Positions 26,943 to 34,050 of a stretch of 64,000 nt of DNA are shown one piece after another; position 1 is the stretch's first letter, and each line of letters begins with the position of its first letter. A program made the position numbers and the translations under genes. The notes under the pieces were generated by a model. The model was given only the letters and a program-made list of their open reading frames with translations. It did no database searches and had not been told where the DNA came from. The DNA comes from Natronomonas sp. (lineage in GTDB: Archaea; Halobacteriota; Halobacteria; Halobacteriales; Haloarculaceae), in assembly GCF_028274965.1 (NCBI RefSeq), contig NZ_JAQCNO010000071.1, positions 69,505-133,504 on the forward strand. The letters run 5' to 3'.

Positions 26943-28361
26943 TTAGAGGCCCGGCGGGAGTTCGCTCCCCTCGAGCAGGTCGGTCGCCGTGTCTCGATCG
27001 AGCGTGTACGTCTGGGTGTTCACCTGGCCCGCGCCCTCGTAGGGGACGTCCGCGTCGAAGGACGACTCGCCGATCACGCACGGCGCGTTCGCCTGGTGGT
27101 GCGTGGAGTCAAGCGTGGTCGCGCCCCGGGGGTCGTCCTCGTAGGTGTAGCCCTCCATGAAGCTGATGATGTCGTCGGGGTTGGTGCTGCCGGTCTCCTC
27201 GATCGCGTCGGCGTAGATCTGGATCGCCGCCCACGTGCTCCCGCCGGTGAAGGTCGGGTACTCGAGGACGTTGTCGTCGTCCGCGTAGGTCTGCTCGTAG
27301 AAGTCGACGAAGTCCTGGTCGGTCTGCGTGTCGTACGAGCCCGGCCAGTACCACCCGGAGTAGTGGACCCCTTCGGGCATCGTGTCGCCGATGGCCTCGA
27401 AGTTCGTCCCGTCGGCGCCGATGGTGTCGTAGACGTCGACGACCTCGTCGAACAGCCCGGCCTCGGCGGCCTGGGTGGTGAACGTGACCGTATCGCCCGC
27501 CCAGAAGCTCGTAAAGAGGAGGTCCGGGTCGGCGTTCTGGACGTTCGTGATCTGGGGCGTCATGTCGCCCGAGCCGAGTTCGGGGAACTGCGACTCGACG
27601 ACCTCGTAATCGAAGCCGAGCCCGTCGAGGTACGCCTGGAAGTACTCCCAGGTCTGCTGTCCGTACGCGTAGTCCGGCCCCATGTTCGCGATGCGGGTCA
27701 CCTCGTCGCTGTAGTTGTCGACGGTGAACTGCGCGAGGGCGTACGTCATGTGCGACGTGTTGGAGTTCGTCCGGAACAGGTTCGGGATCCCGGCGGCCTC
27801 GCCGTCGCTGTTGTAGTAGTCCCCGTAGGTCTCGGTGTCGTGTTCCGTGATGAACGGCGTCCCGATGTCGGTCAGGGTGACCGGGATGCCGAGTTGTTCC
27901 CACGTCGGGCCGGTGTTCAGCGTGACGCCCGAGGAGGTCATCCCGAGCAGGACGTCGGCGCCGTACTCCTGGGCGAGGCTCCGGACCTGCGCCTGTGGAT
28001 CGTCGCCGTGGTCTCGAACCTGGATCTCGAGGGGACGGCCGTTGACGCCGCCGTTTTCGTTTATCGAGTCGACCGCGGCTTCGGCCGCTGCGGCCGACCC
28101 GGCGCCGAGCGCCTCGGCGAGCCCCGAGAGGAGGTACGTCGCGCCGATGCGGATCGGCTCGCCGCTCGGTCCGTCACCGTTGCCGTTACCGCCGCCACCG
28201 TTGCCGCCGCCGTTGCCGCCACCGCCGTTTCCGTTTCCGTTGCCGGAACAGCCGGCGAGAGAGACAGTTGCACCGGCGCCCGCGGCGGTCAGAAAGCCCC
28301 GTCGGCTGAATCGGTTCGAAAGACCGTCGTTGTCGTGTGATCGCTCACCATGTTCAGACAT
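26943..28361 (-). CDS. ABC transporter substrate-binding lipoprotein (Leu/Ile/Val-binding family)
   Basis: Tat signal RRGFLTAAGAGATVSLAGC, a Gly/Asn-rich linker, then a type-1 periplasmic-binding fold sequence. Confidence 0.8.
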   Translation of the reverse strand: MSEHGERSHDNDGLSNRFSRRGFLTAAGAGATVSLAGCSGNGNGNGGGGNGGGNGGGGNGNGDGPSGEPIRIGATYLLSGLAEALGAGSAAAAEAAVDSINENGGVNGRPLEIQVRDHGDDPQAQVRSLAQEYGADVLLGMTSSGVTLNTGPTWEQLGIPVTLTDIGTPFITEHDTETYGDYYNSDGEAAGIPNLFRTNSNTSHMTYALAQFTVDNYSDEVTRIANMGPDYAYGQQTWEYFQAYLDGLGFDYEVVESQFPELGSGDMTPQITNVQNADPDLLFTSFWAGDTVTFTTQAAEAGLFDEVVDVYDTIGADGTNFEAIGDTMPEGVHYSGWYWPGSYDTQTDQDFVDFYEQTYADDDNVLEYPTFTGGSTWAAIQIYADAIEETGSTNPDDIISFMEGYTYEDDPRGATTLDSTHHQANAPCVIGESSFDADVPYEGAGQVNTQTYTLDRDTATDLLEGSELPPGL

Positions 28362-28403
28362 GACTACTACCCGCTGATGGACACCAGGGTAATAAATGTT
28401 GTT

Positions 28404-28413
28404 TTACATGTAA
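28404..28413. promoter_or_regulatory. Perfect 10-nt palindrome in the divergent liv promoter region
   Basis: ttacatgtaa sits inside the AT-rich 146-nt spacer between the substrate-binding protein gene (start 28361, minus strand) and livH (start 28508). Confidence 0.4.
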
Positions 28414-28507
28414 GCAGACGACTAACGACGATCGCCGCGGTATCGGGCGAAAGACCGGTTCTGTGACGTCGAAAGGTTTAACCTATGAGTGACAGACGTA
28501 GACTATA

Positions 28508-29389
28508 ATGGTAGATGCTGGAATTGTTATCGAACAGATCATTACCGGACTGAGCATCGGGAGTTGGCTGTTTCTCGTCGCCATCGGCCTGAGTCTCGTG
28601 TTCGGTGTGTTGGGTGTACTGAACTTCGCGCACGGCGTCCTGTTCGCGATCGGGGCCTACGTGGCGGTCACGACCGTCCAGTCGGCCGTCGGCAACTTCT
28701 GGATCGGTGTCGTCGCGGCAGCCGTCGTCGTCGGGGTGATCGGCCTCGTCATCGAGATGGGGTTCATCAGACAGCTGTACGGCCGCGCCGAGGAGGACCT
28801 CGATCAGCTGCTTTTGACCTTCGCGTTCGTCCTCATCATCGAGGACATCATCCGGATCATCTTCGGGTCCGGGACCAGACAGATGAGCCCGCCGGCGGTG
28901 TTCGGGTTCACCGTCTCGGCCGCCGGGTTCTCCATCCCCGCCTACCGCCTGTTCGTCATCGCCGTCTCCTTTACCGTGATGGGTGCCATCCTCGTGACGC
29001 TGAAGACGACGAACTTCGGTCGGCTCGTGCGGGCGACATCGAGCGACCGGGACATGGCCTCGCTCCTCGGTGTCAACGTTCCCCGGCTGTACACCATGGT
29101 GTTCGTCATCGGCGCCGCCCTCGCCGGGATCGGCGGGGCCTTCGCCGCGCCGCTGCAGTCGGTCACCCCCGCGCTCGGCGAGACGGTCATCATCGAGGCG
29201 TTCGTCATCGTCGTCATCGGCGGGCTGGGCTCGTTCGTCGGGACGTTCATCGGCGCGTACCTCGTCGGCCTCATGATCGCCGTCGGGAGCATCTTCGCGG
29301 CCGGCGCAGGCGAGCTGTTCCCCTTCATCGCGCTCATCGCCGTGTTGCTTCTGAAACCCGAGGGCCTCGTGGGAGGTGCGGAAGCGTGA
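28508..29389 (+). CDS. livH: Branched-chain amino acid ABC transporter permease (LivH-type)
   Basis: 293-aa polytopic protein with typical LivH N-terminus QIITGLSIGSWLFLVAIGLSLVFGVLGVLNFAHG. Confidence 0.85.
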   Translation: MVDAGIVIEQIITGLSIGSWLFLVAIGLSLVFGVLGVLNFAHGVLFAIGAYVAVTTVQSAVGNFWIGVVAAAVVVGVIGLVIEMGFIRQLYGRAEEDLDQLLLTFAFVLIIEDIIRIIFGSGTRQMSPPAVFGFTVSAAGFSIPAYRLFVIAVSFTVMGAILVTLKTTNFGRLVRATSSDRDMASLLGVNVPRLYTMVFVIGAALAGIGGAFAAPLQSVTPALGETVIIEAFVIVVIGGLGSFVGTFIGAYLVGLMIAVGSIFAAGAGELFPFIALIAVLLLKPEGLVGGAEA

Positions 29390-30156
29390 CGACCGTCCTC
29401 GAAACCGACGGGCTCGAACGCCGCTTCGGGAAGCTGCTCGCGGTCGACGACGTCTCCGTCGCGATCGACAGCGACGACGTCACGAGCATCATCGGCCCGA
29501 ACGGGGCCGGCAAGACGACGTTTTACAACCTCCTGTCGGGGCGGCTCAAGCCGACCGGCGGGACGGTGAAGCTCCTGCCCAGCGGCGGGACGGAACTCGC
29601 CGACATCACCGGGATGGAGCCCTTCGAGATCAACAACAAGGGCCTCTCGCGGGCGTTCCAGATCAACAACATCTTCGAGGGGCTGAGCGTCACCGACAAC
29701 ATCCGCGTCTCGCGGATCAGCCGCGACGACCGGACGCTCGACATCCGGTCGGTCGCGCGCGAAGACGAGGGGCTGACCGAGGCCGCCTGGGAGATCATCG
29801 AGCTCGTCGGCCTCGAAGAGGTCGCCGAGACGCAGTGCGCGAACCTCTCGCACGGCGACAAGCGGAAGGTCGAGATCGCGCTCTCGCTCGGCACCGACCC
29901 GTCCGTCGTGCTGCTCGACGAGCCGACGGCCGGGATGAACGCCACCGAGACCGAGAAGATGGTCGACCTGATCGACGACCTCAACAGACAGACCGACACG
30001 ACGTTCGTGCTCACGGAACACGACATGGGGGTCGTACTGGAGATCTCCGATCGGATCCTCGTCCTCGACGGCGGGGAGCTCATCGCGGACGGCGAACCGG
30101 AGAAGGTGATGCAGAACGAGCAGGTGCGCGAGGCGTACCTCGGGGGTGAAGCATGA
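29386..30156 (+). CDS. livG: Branched-chain amino acid ABC transporter ATP-binding protein (LivG-type)
   Basis: GTG at 29386 overlaps the livH stop (GTGA). Walker A GPNGAGKTT, ABC signature LSHGDKRK and Walker B VLLDEPTAG are present. Confidence 0.85.
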   Translation: MTTVLETDGLERRFGKLLAVDDVSVAIDSDDVTSIIGPNGAGKTTFYNLLSGRLKPTGGTVKLLPSGGTELADITGMEPFEINNKGLSRAFQINNIFEGLSVTDNIRVSRISRDDRTLDIRSVAREDEGLTEAAWEIIELVGLEEVAETQCANLSHGDKRKVEIALSLGTDPSVVLLDEPTAGMNATETEKMVDLIDDLNRQTDTTFVLTEHDMGVVLEISDRILVLDGGELIADGEPEKVMQNEQVREAYLGGEA

Positions 30157-30869
30157 GCACCCTCGAGTTGGAGGACGTCAACGGCTACTACGGCAACAGC
30201 CACATCCTGTACGACCTGGATCTCCAGGTCGATCAAAACGAGGTCGTGGCGCTGCTGGGGCGGAACGGCGCCGGCAAGACGACCACGCTCCGTTCGATCA
30301 CGGGGACGATCCCGCGCCGGGAGGGGCGCATCGAGTTCCGCGGGGAGAACATCGCCGACGACTCCGTCGACGAGATCAGCAACAAGCGGGTCAAGCTCGT
30401 CCCGGAGGAGCGGCGCATCTTCCCGACGCTCACCGTCCACGAGAACCTCCTGTTGTCGCGGGACTCGTGTAAGGGGACCGAGCCCCGCGACGTCGAGGAG
30501 ATGTACGACATCTTCCCCATCCTCGACGACCTCCGGGAGAACAACGGGCGGAACCTCAGCGGCGGCGAACAGCAGATGCTCTCCGTCGCTCGGGCGCTCG
30601 TGCAGAACCCGGATCTCCTGTTGCTCGACGAGCCGACCGAGGGGCTGGCCCCGGTCATCGTCGACGACCTCGAGGAGATCCTCGAGGACATCGTCAGCGA
30701 AGACGTGACCGTCCTCATCACCGAACAGAACGTGGAGTTCGCGCTCGAGCTCTCCGAGCGGGCCTACATCATCGAGAGCGGCGAGAACGCCTGGGACGGA
30801 ACGATCGACGAGCTCCGCGACCGCGAGGACCTCCTCGAGAAGTACCTCTCGGTCGGCGTCGAGGAGTAG
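30153..30869 (+). CDS. livF: Branched-chain amino acid ABC transporter ATP-binding protein (LivF-type)
   Basis: ATG overlaps the livG stop (ATGA). Walker A GRNGAGKTT, signature LSGGEQQM and Walker B LLLDEPTEG are present. Confidence 0.85.
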   Translation: MSTLELEDVNGYYGNSHILYDLDLQVDQNEVVALLGRNGAGKTTTLRSITGTIPRREGRIEFRGENIADDSVDEISNKRVKLVPEERRIFPTLTVHENLLLSRDSCKGTEPRDVEEMYDIFPILDDLRENNGRNLSGGEQQMLSVARALVQNPDLLLLDEPTEGLAPVIVDDLEEILEDIVSEDVTVLITEQNVEFALELSERAYIIESGENAWDGTIDELRDREDLLEKYLSVGVEE

Positions 30870-30924
30870 TCCGGCGCGTTCCGTTCTCGGCCCGGGCGCC
30901 GGGGGCCGATCGGATCCGTCTGTT

Positions 30925-31821
30925 CTACAGGTCGACGCCGTGGTGTTTCAGGTAGCCGTCCGTGACCAGCGCCACGTAAAACGAGCCGACCGCGTCGCCG
31001 TAGGGCGGGGAGATGTCGAGTAGCTCCTCGGCGACAACCCGCCGGGTCGCCTCGGGTGAGCCGGTGGCGTCGTACGCCTCGCGGATCCGCTCGTCGAAGC
31101 GCCGGAGTTCGGTTCGGGCGGTCTCGACGGCCGCCTCGGGCGTCTCCGGCCAGACGCCGTAGTGCGGAAACACGATCAGTTCGGGATCGAGCGCCTCGAT
31201 CCGGTCGATCGACGCCTCACAGACGTCGGGATCGAAGTTCGGGAGGGTCGACGGCGGCACCCACTGTTCGGCCGCCGGCAGGTAGCCGCCGAGTGCCTCG
31301 GCGGCGAAACAGAGCTCCCGTTCGGGGTTGTACACGGCGAAGTGATCCGGCGAGTGCCCCGGCGCGGGGACGAGTTCCAGGCTGTTCGTGCCGATGTCTA
31401 TGGTCGTTCCCGACTCGGGGACGGCGGTGATGTTCTCCTCTGGCACGGGGCGCTGTTCGCCCATCCCCTCGAAGTGTTCGCCCATCGCGCGTCGGCTGCT
31501 CGCGATGAGTTCCGCCGGATCGGCGAGGTGCGGGGCGGTCATCTCGTGGATGTACACGTCGGCGTCGGGCGCGTGCTCAAGCAGGCCGCCCGCGCCGCCG
31601 GCGTGGTCCGTGTGGACGTGTGAGAGGACGATGTTTTCGAGGTCCTCGGGCGGGACGCCGAGCTCCCGGAGCCCCTCGACGACGGTGTCGACGCGGGCGG
31701 CCGCCCCGCTGTCGACGAGCGTCGGCTCGACGTCGTCGAAGAGGTACACCGACGTGAACGACGCGTCGAACAGCTCGGTATCGATCCCGTAGACGCCCTC
31801 CGTCGCTTCGAACGTGGCCAT
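30925..31821 (-). CDS. MBL-fold metallo-hydrolase
   Basis: Metal-binding motif SHVHTDHAGG. A TATA-like box (ttttttata on the minus strand) lies 19 nt upstream of the ATG. Confidence 0.8.
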   Translation of the reverse strand: MATFEATEGVYGIDTELFDASFTSVYLFDDVEPTLVDSGAAARVDTVVEGLRELGVPPEDLENIVLSHVHTDHAGGAGGLLEHAPDADVYIHEMTAPHLADPAELIASSRRAMGEHFEGMGEQRPVPEENITAVPESGTTIDIGTNSLELVPAPGHSPDHFAVYNPERELCFAAEALGGYLPAAEQWVPPSTLPNFDPDVCEASIDRIEALDPELIVFPHYGVWPETPEAAVETARTELRRFDERIREAYDATGSPEATRRVVAEELLDISPPYGDAVGSFYVALVTDGYLKHHGVDL

Positions 31822-31929
31822 GGGGTCGGTTCCGGCGTGGTATAAAAAAGCGTTCGGTGGGCGGGGCGCGGACGGCCCGATGAACAGGAGAACGGAGGGC
31901 GGACGACCGGACGGTCAAAAGCCCGGAGG

Positions 31930-32118
31930 CTACTCCCAGGCGCTCGGAGCGACGCCGAGATACACGACGACGGGGCGGTACGCCAGCGCGACGACGAGGA
32001 CGAAGACGAACTCGAACCAAAAGCCGATGTCGCTCGCAACGGTCCGGACGGCGGTGAGCGTCCCGAAGACCAGCGCCAGCATCACGAGACAGCGGCGCGT
32101 AAACATCAATTTCGCCAT
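31930..32118 (-). CDS. Possible 62-aa two-TM membrane protein
   Basis: MAKLMFTRRCLVMLALVFGTLTAVRTVASDIGFWFEFVFVLVVALAYRPVVVYLGVAPSAWE. It overlaps, in another frame, the read-through tail of the truncated lipoprotein ORF. Confidence 0.3.
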   Translation of the reverse strand: MAKLMFTRRCLVMLALVFGTLTAVRTVASDIGFWFEFVFVLVVALAYRPVVVYLGVAPSAWE

Positions 32119-32398
32119 CAAGGTCGCTTTCGACGTTGAGTTCGCCGTGTAGAATAACGAATTTCGCCCCCTCGTGGGCGGTTCGTCCCGGCGACTCCGG
32201 CGCGTCGATCGTCTTGGTTGTGCGTGTGGCGTACCGGAGCGACAGCGACGTCGTCGGGTCGTCCGGTGTGTGGTTCTCGGCGGTAATCGAGACCGGCTCG
32301 ACCGTCGACTTGGATGTGGATTCATCGGCGTTACTCGTACACCCGGTAAGGCCGACGAGACCGGCGGCCGCTAGCTGGAGGACGTTGCGGCGGCGCAT
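32100..32398 (-). pseudogene. Truncated Tat-lipoprotein gene (DUF4352-like N-terminal part only)
   Basis: Begins MRRRNVLQLAAAGLVGLTGC (twin-arginine plus lipobox) and reads sensibly to ..EGAKFVILHGELNVESDLDGEIDVY. After about codon 100 it degenerates into Arg/Pro-rich read-through that runs into the neighbouring MBL gene (track ORF 31577..32398). Confidence 0.35.
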
Positions 32399-32476
32399 GG
32401 GGACTATCCCTTGCCGGCGTGAAAAATATCTGTCGCTGATTAGATTCCGACATAGTGCCGCTTCAGTCGTGAATCG

Positions 32477-32543
32477 CTAGATTCCAGGAATACAGCCTCT
32501 CTCGGTTAATTCTAGCAGTTTAAGCGTGAAGGGGCACTAATAG
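32477..32543. repeat. Left copy of imperfect direct repeat flanking the islet
   Basis: ctagattccaggaatacagcctctctcggttaattctagcagtttaagcgtgaaggggcactaatag. About 46 of 64 positions match the right copy when aligned by hand. Confidence 0.6.
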
Positions 32544-32545
32544 AA

Positions 32546-32670
32546 CATCCAGTAAATTCGTACTCAGCTAAGAAATCGCCAGAAGACACGCAATCAACCA
32601 CCCCATGGGCAAGCGGCCAAGTCCGTGGCTTGGAGACCTGCTGGGAAACCGGATAAGAACTTACTGGATG
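32546..32670. repeat. Long-range inverted repeat (14 nt, 1 mismatch) enclosing 97 nt
   Basis: catccagtaaattc (32546-32559) pairs with gaacttactggatg (32657-32670). It starts 10 nt downstream of the stop of the 199-aa gene on the minus strand. An inner hairpin ccaag-tccgtgg-cttgg is present. Confidence 0.55.
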
Positions 32671-32679
32671 CTCCACTAG

Positions 32680-33279
32680 CTATGACGAGAGAGTAGGTTT
32701 CTTCCGATGCAGGTAAATTGTCATGCCGACTAGAAGGGCAGTCCCGACGAGTAGCAACGCATCATTAGCGAACGGTGGGAGTCGTATTCGCCCAAAGCCA
32801 AGGATCGTGACGAAGTTACTAAGCGGGTCCAAGAGTGGCAAGTTGAGCCTTGCATACCCGACACCGGGCATAGCGAATCGTGACATGTACGCAACGAACC
32901 CAACAAGGTTGATGACCGTGATCGTGGTCAGTGCGTAAAGGGCGGCTTGGACGCTTCGAGTAGTTCGACGCTTCAGTCCAATCACCGTCGTCGTCCAAAG
33001 CCCTATTCCTACGATTGAGGCGACGTAGAACAACGGTTGCGTTGAGAAGCTTACTGATAAGCTTGCGGCCCGACTTGCAGTAGCGGTATTCCAGAGGCCG
33101 AGCAGAAGAAATACGATTGAGATCGCTGCAATGAAGATGTAGCTGGTTGCTAAATCAGCACCAGGGGTCGAATACTCCCCAGCTTGCTGGTCGATGCTGT
33201 CTTCGAAGACTGCCCCACAATTCGGGCAAACACTCGCGTCTTCATCAACGTCACTCTGGCAGTTTGTACAGACAGGCAT
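32680..33279 (-). CDS. Zinc-ribbon-headed polytopic membrane protein (199 aa), unknown family
   Basis: N-terminus is MPVCTNCQSDVDEDASVCPNCG (CxxC-x10-CPxC), followed by 4-5 hydrophobic segments. Codons are A/T-ending, unlike host genes. Confidence 0.65.
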   Translation of the reverse strand: MPVCTNCQSDVDEDASVCPNCGAVFEDSIDQQAGEYSTPGADLATSYIFIAAISIVFLLLGLWNTATASRAASLSVSFSTQPLFYVASIVGIGLWTTTVIGLKRRTTRSVQAALYALTTITVINLVGFVAYMSRFAMPGVGYARLNLPLLDPLSNFVTILGFGRIRLPPFANDALLLVGTALLVGMTIYLHRKKPTLSS

Positions 33280-33293
33280 TGTTCGCTCTGGTG

Positions 33294-33635
33294 TTACTTC
33301 TGTTTCGTCGCCGTTTCCGCCCCGGATGGTTCTTTGGTTGCCGTCTGGGTACCACTGGACTGTTTTTTTGCGGTCTTTTGCGCTGTCGGTGTCGATCCCT
33401 GTCCACGGTTTCCTTTATCAACTGCATCGGCAATGACTTTGTACGTTGTGCCGAAGATACCGGCGTACAGCGAAACTCCACCGAGCAGAACAACGATAAT
33501 ACCGATAGCTGGTGAGTTCCTGATCAATACGAAGCCCCCAATTGTTAGGACTAGCCCGAATATGAAGACTCCGAGGAGATACCCGAGGAGTCCAAACCCA
33601 TACCTGATGCCCTCCGCAGCACTAACCCGTGCCAT
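33294..33635 (-). CDS. Small two-TM membrane protein with Lys/Thr-rich basic tail (113 aa), holin-like topology
   Basis: Starts MARVSAAEG. It has two TM helices and the tail KGNRGQGSTPTAQKTAKKQSSGTQTATKEPSGAETATKQK. The minus-strand TATA box tttttata lies 20 nt upstream of ATG 33635, so the longer track start at 33680 would contain the TATA box. It ends 14 nt before the next gene. Confidence 0.6.
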   Translation of the reverse strand: MARVSAAEGIRYGFGLLGYLLGVFIFGLVLTIGGFVLIRNSPAIGIIVVLLGGVSLYAGIFGTTYKVIADAVDKGNRGQGSTPTAQKTAKKQSSGTQTATKEPSGAETATKQK

Positions 33636-33655
33636 GGCAGTCATGATACACGGGT

Positions 33656-33663
33656 TATAAAAA
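33656..33663 (-). promoter_or_regulatory. TATA-like box for the two-gene minus-strand operon of the islet
   Basis: Minus-strand tttttata lies 20 nt upstream of ATG 33635. Confidence 0.45.
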
Positions 33664-33729
33664 TAATTTCCGCATACCACAACTGAGTAATCAATGCAAC
33701 CGTATTCGTCGATACATCTTGTCAGAAGG

Positions 33730-33737
33730 TTTAATTA
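33730..33737 (+). promoter_or_regulatory. TATA-like box for the 81-aa zinc-ribbon gene
   Basis: tttaatta lies 24 nt upstream of ATG 33762, a geometry that fits a leaderless transcript. Confidence 0.5.
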
Positions 33738-33761
33738 CGTCACCTCGGTAACCGACATAGC

Positions 33762-34007
33762 ATGAAATGTAGTAACTGTGGGGAAGAAATCCATCCAGAA
33801 GCAAGTCAGTGTCCGTCATGCCAAGCTACATTCAAATCCGAGCAAAATAACTCCCTTCTCGCCAAGATCCCATCGAGTTTTCTCGGCGTCCTTACCGGCT
33901 TCATCGTCCTTCTTATGCTTGTCCCACTTGGAAGTCCAGTCACCGCAATCGGAGCCGCAGCGATACTTACAATTGTCGTGTGGCTCGGCGGTTCATACCT
34001 TAGGTAA
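33762..34007 (+). CDS. Zinc-ribbon-headed two-TM small protein (81 aa), unknown family
   Basis: N-terminus is MKCSNCGEEIHPEASQCPSCQ (CxxC-x10-CPxC), followed by two TM helices. The TATA box tttaatta lies 24 nt upstream of the ATG. Codons are A/T-ending. Confidence 0.65.
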   Translation: MKCSNCGEEIHPEASQCPSCQATFKSEQNNSLLAKIPSSFLGVLTGFIVLLMLVPLGSPVTAIGAAAILTIVVWLGGSYLR

Positions 34008-34050
34008 CAGTTCCTCCCGGTATTACCACTGCGGTCTCAGCGATGAAACA

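Noticed and set aside
28150-28260. Repetitive GGC/AAC/GGT units that might suggest a tandem repeat or CRISPR-like array; a similar stretch occurs at 10489-10536
   Set aside because: They lie inside coding regions and encode Gly/Asn or Gly/Thr/Asp linkers. There is no repeat-spacer periodicity. I found no CRISPR array anywhere in the window.
31577-32398. 273-aa ORF treated as an intact lipoprotein gene
   Set aside because: After about 100 residues the translation becomes Arg/Pro-rich and runs antisense or out of frame through the start of the neighbouring MBL hydrolase gene. Only the N-terminal part is credible, so I call it truncated.
32560-32656. Possible tRNA or tRNA fragment as an integration target next to the islet (ggcaagcggccaagtccgtggcttggagacc)
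   Set aside because: There is no acceptor stem, no T-loop (GGTTCRAATCC-like) and no cloverleaf spacing. I also found no tRNA at the right boundary (34100-34342).
33147-33660. Plus-strand ORFs inside the islet (33147-33515, 33184-33660, 33194-33436)
   Set aside because: They are antisense to the two membrane-protein genes and lack a promoter-like TATA box at the right distance. Their Cys/Arg/Phe-rich translations have no zinc-ribbon or TM logic.
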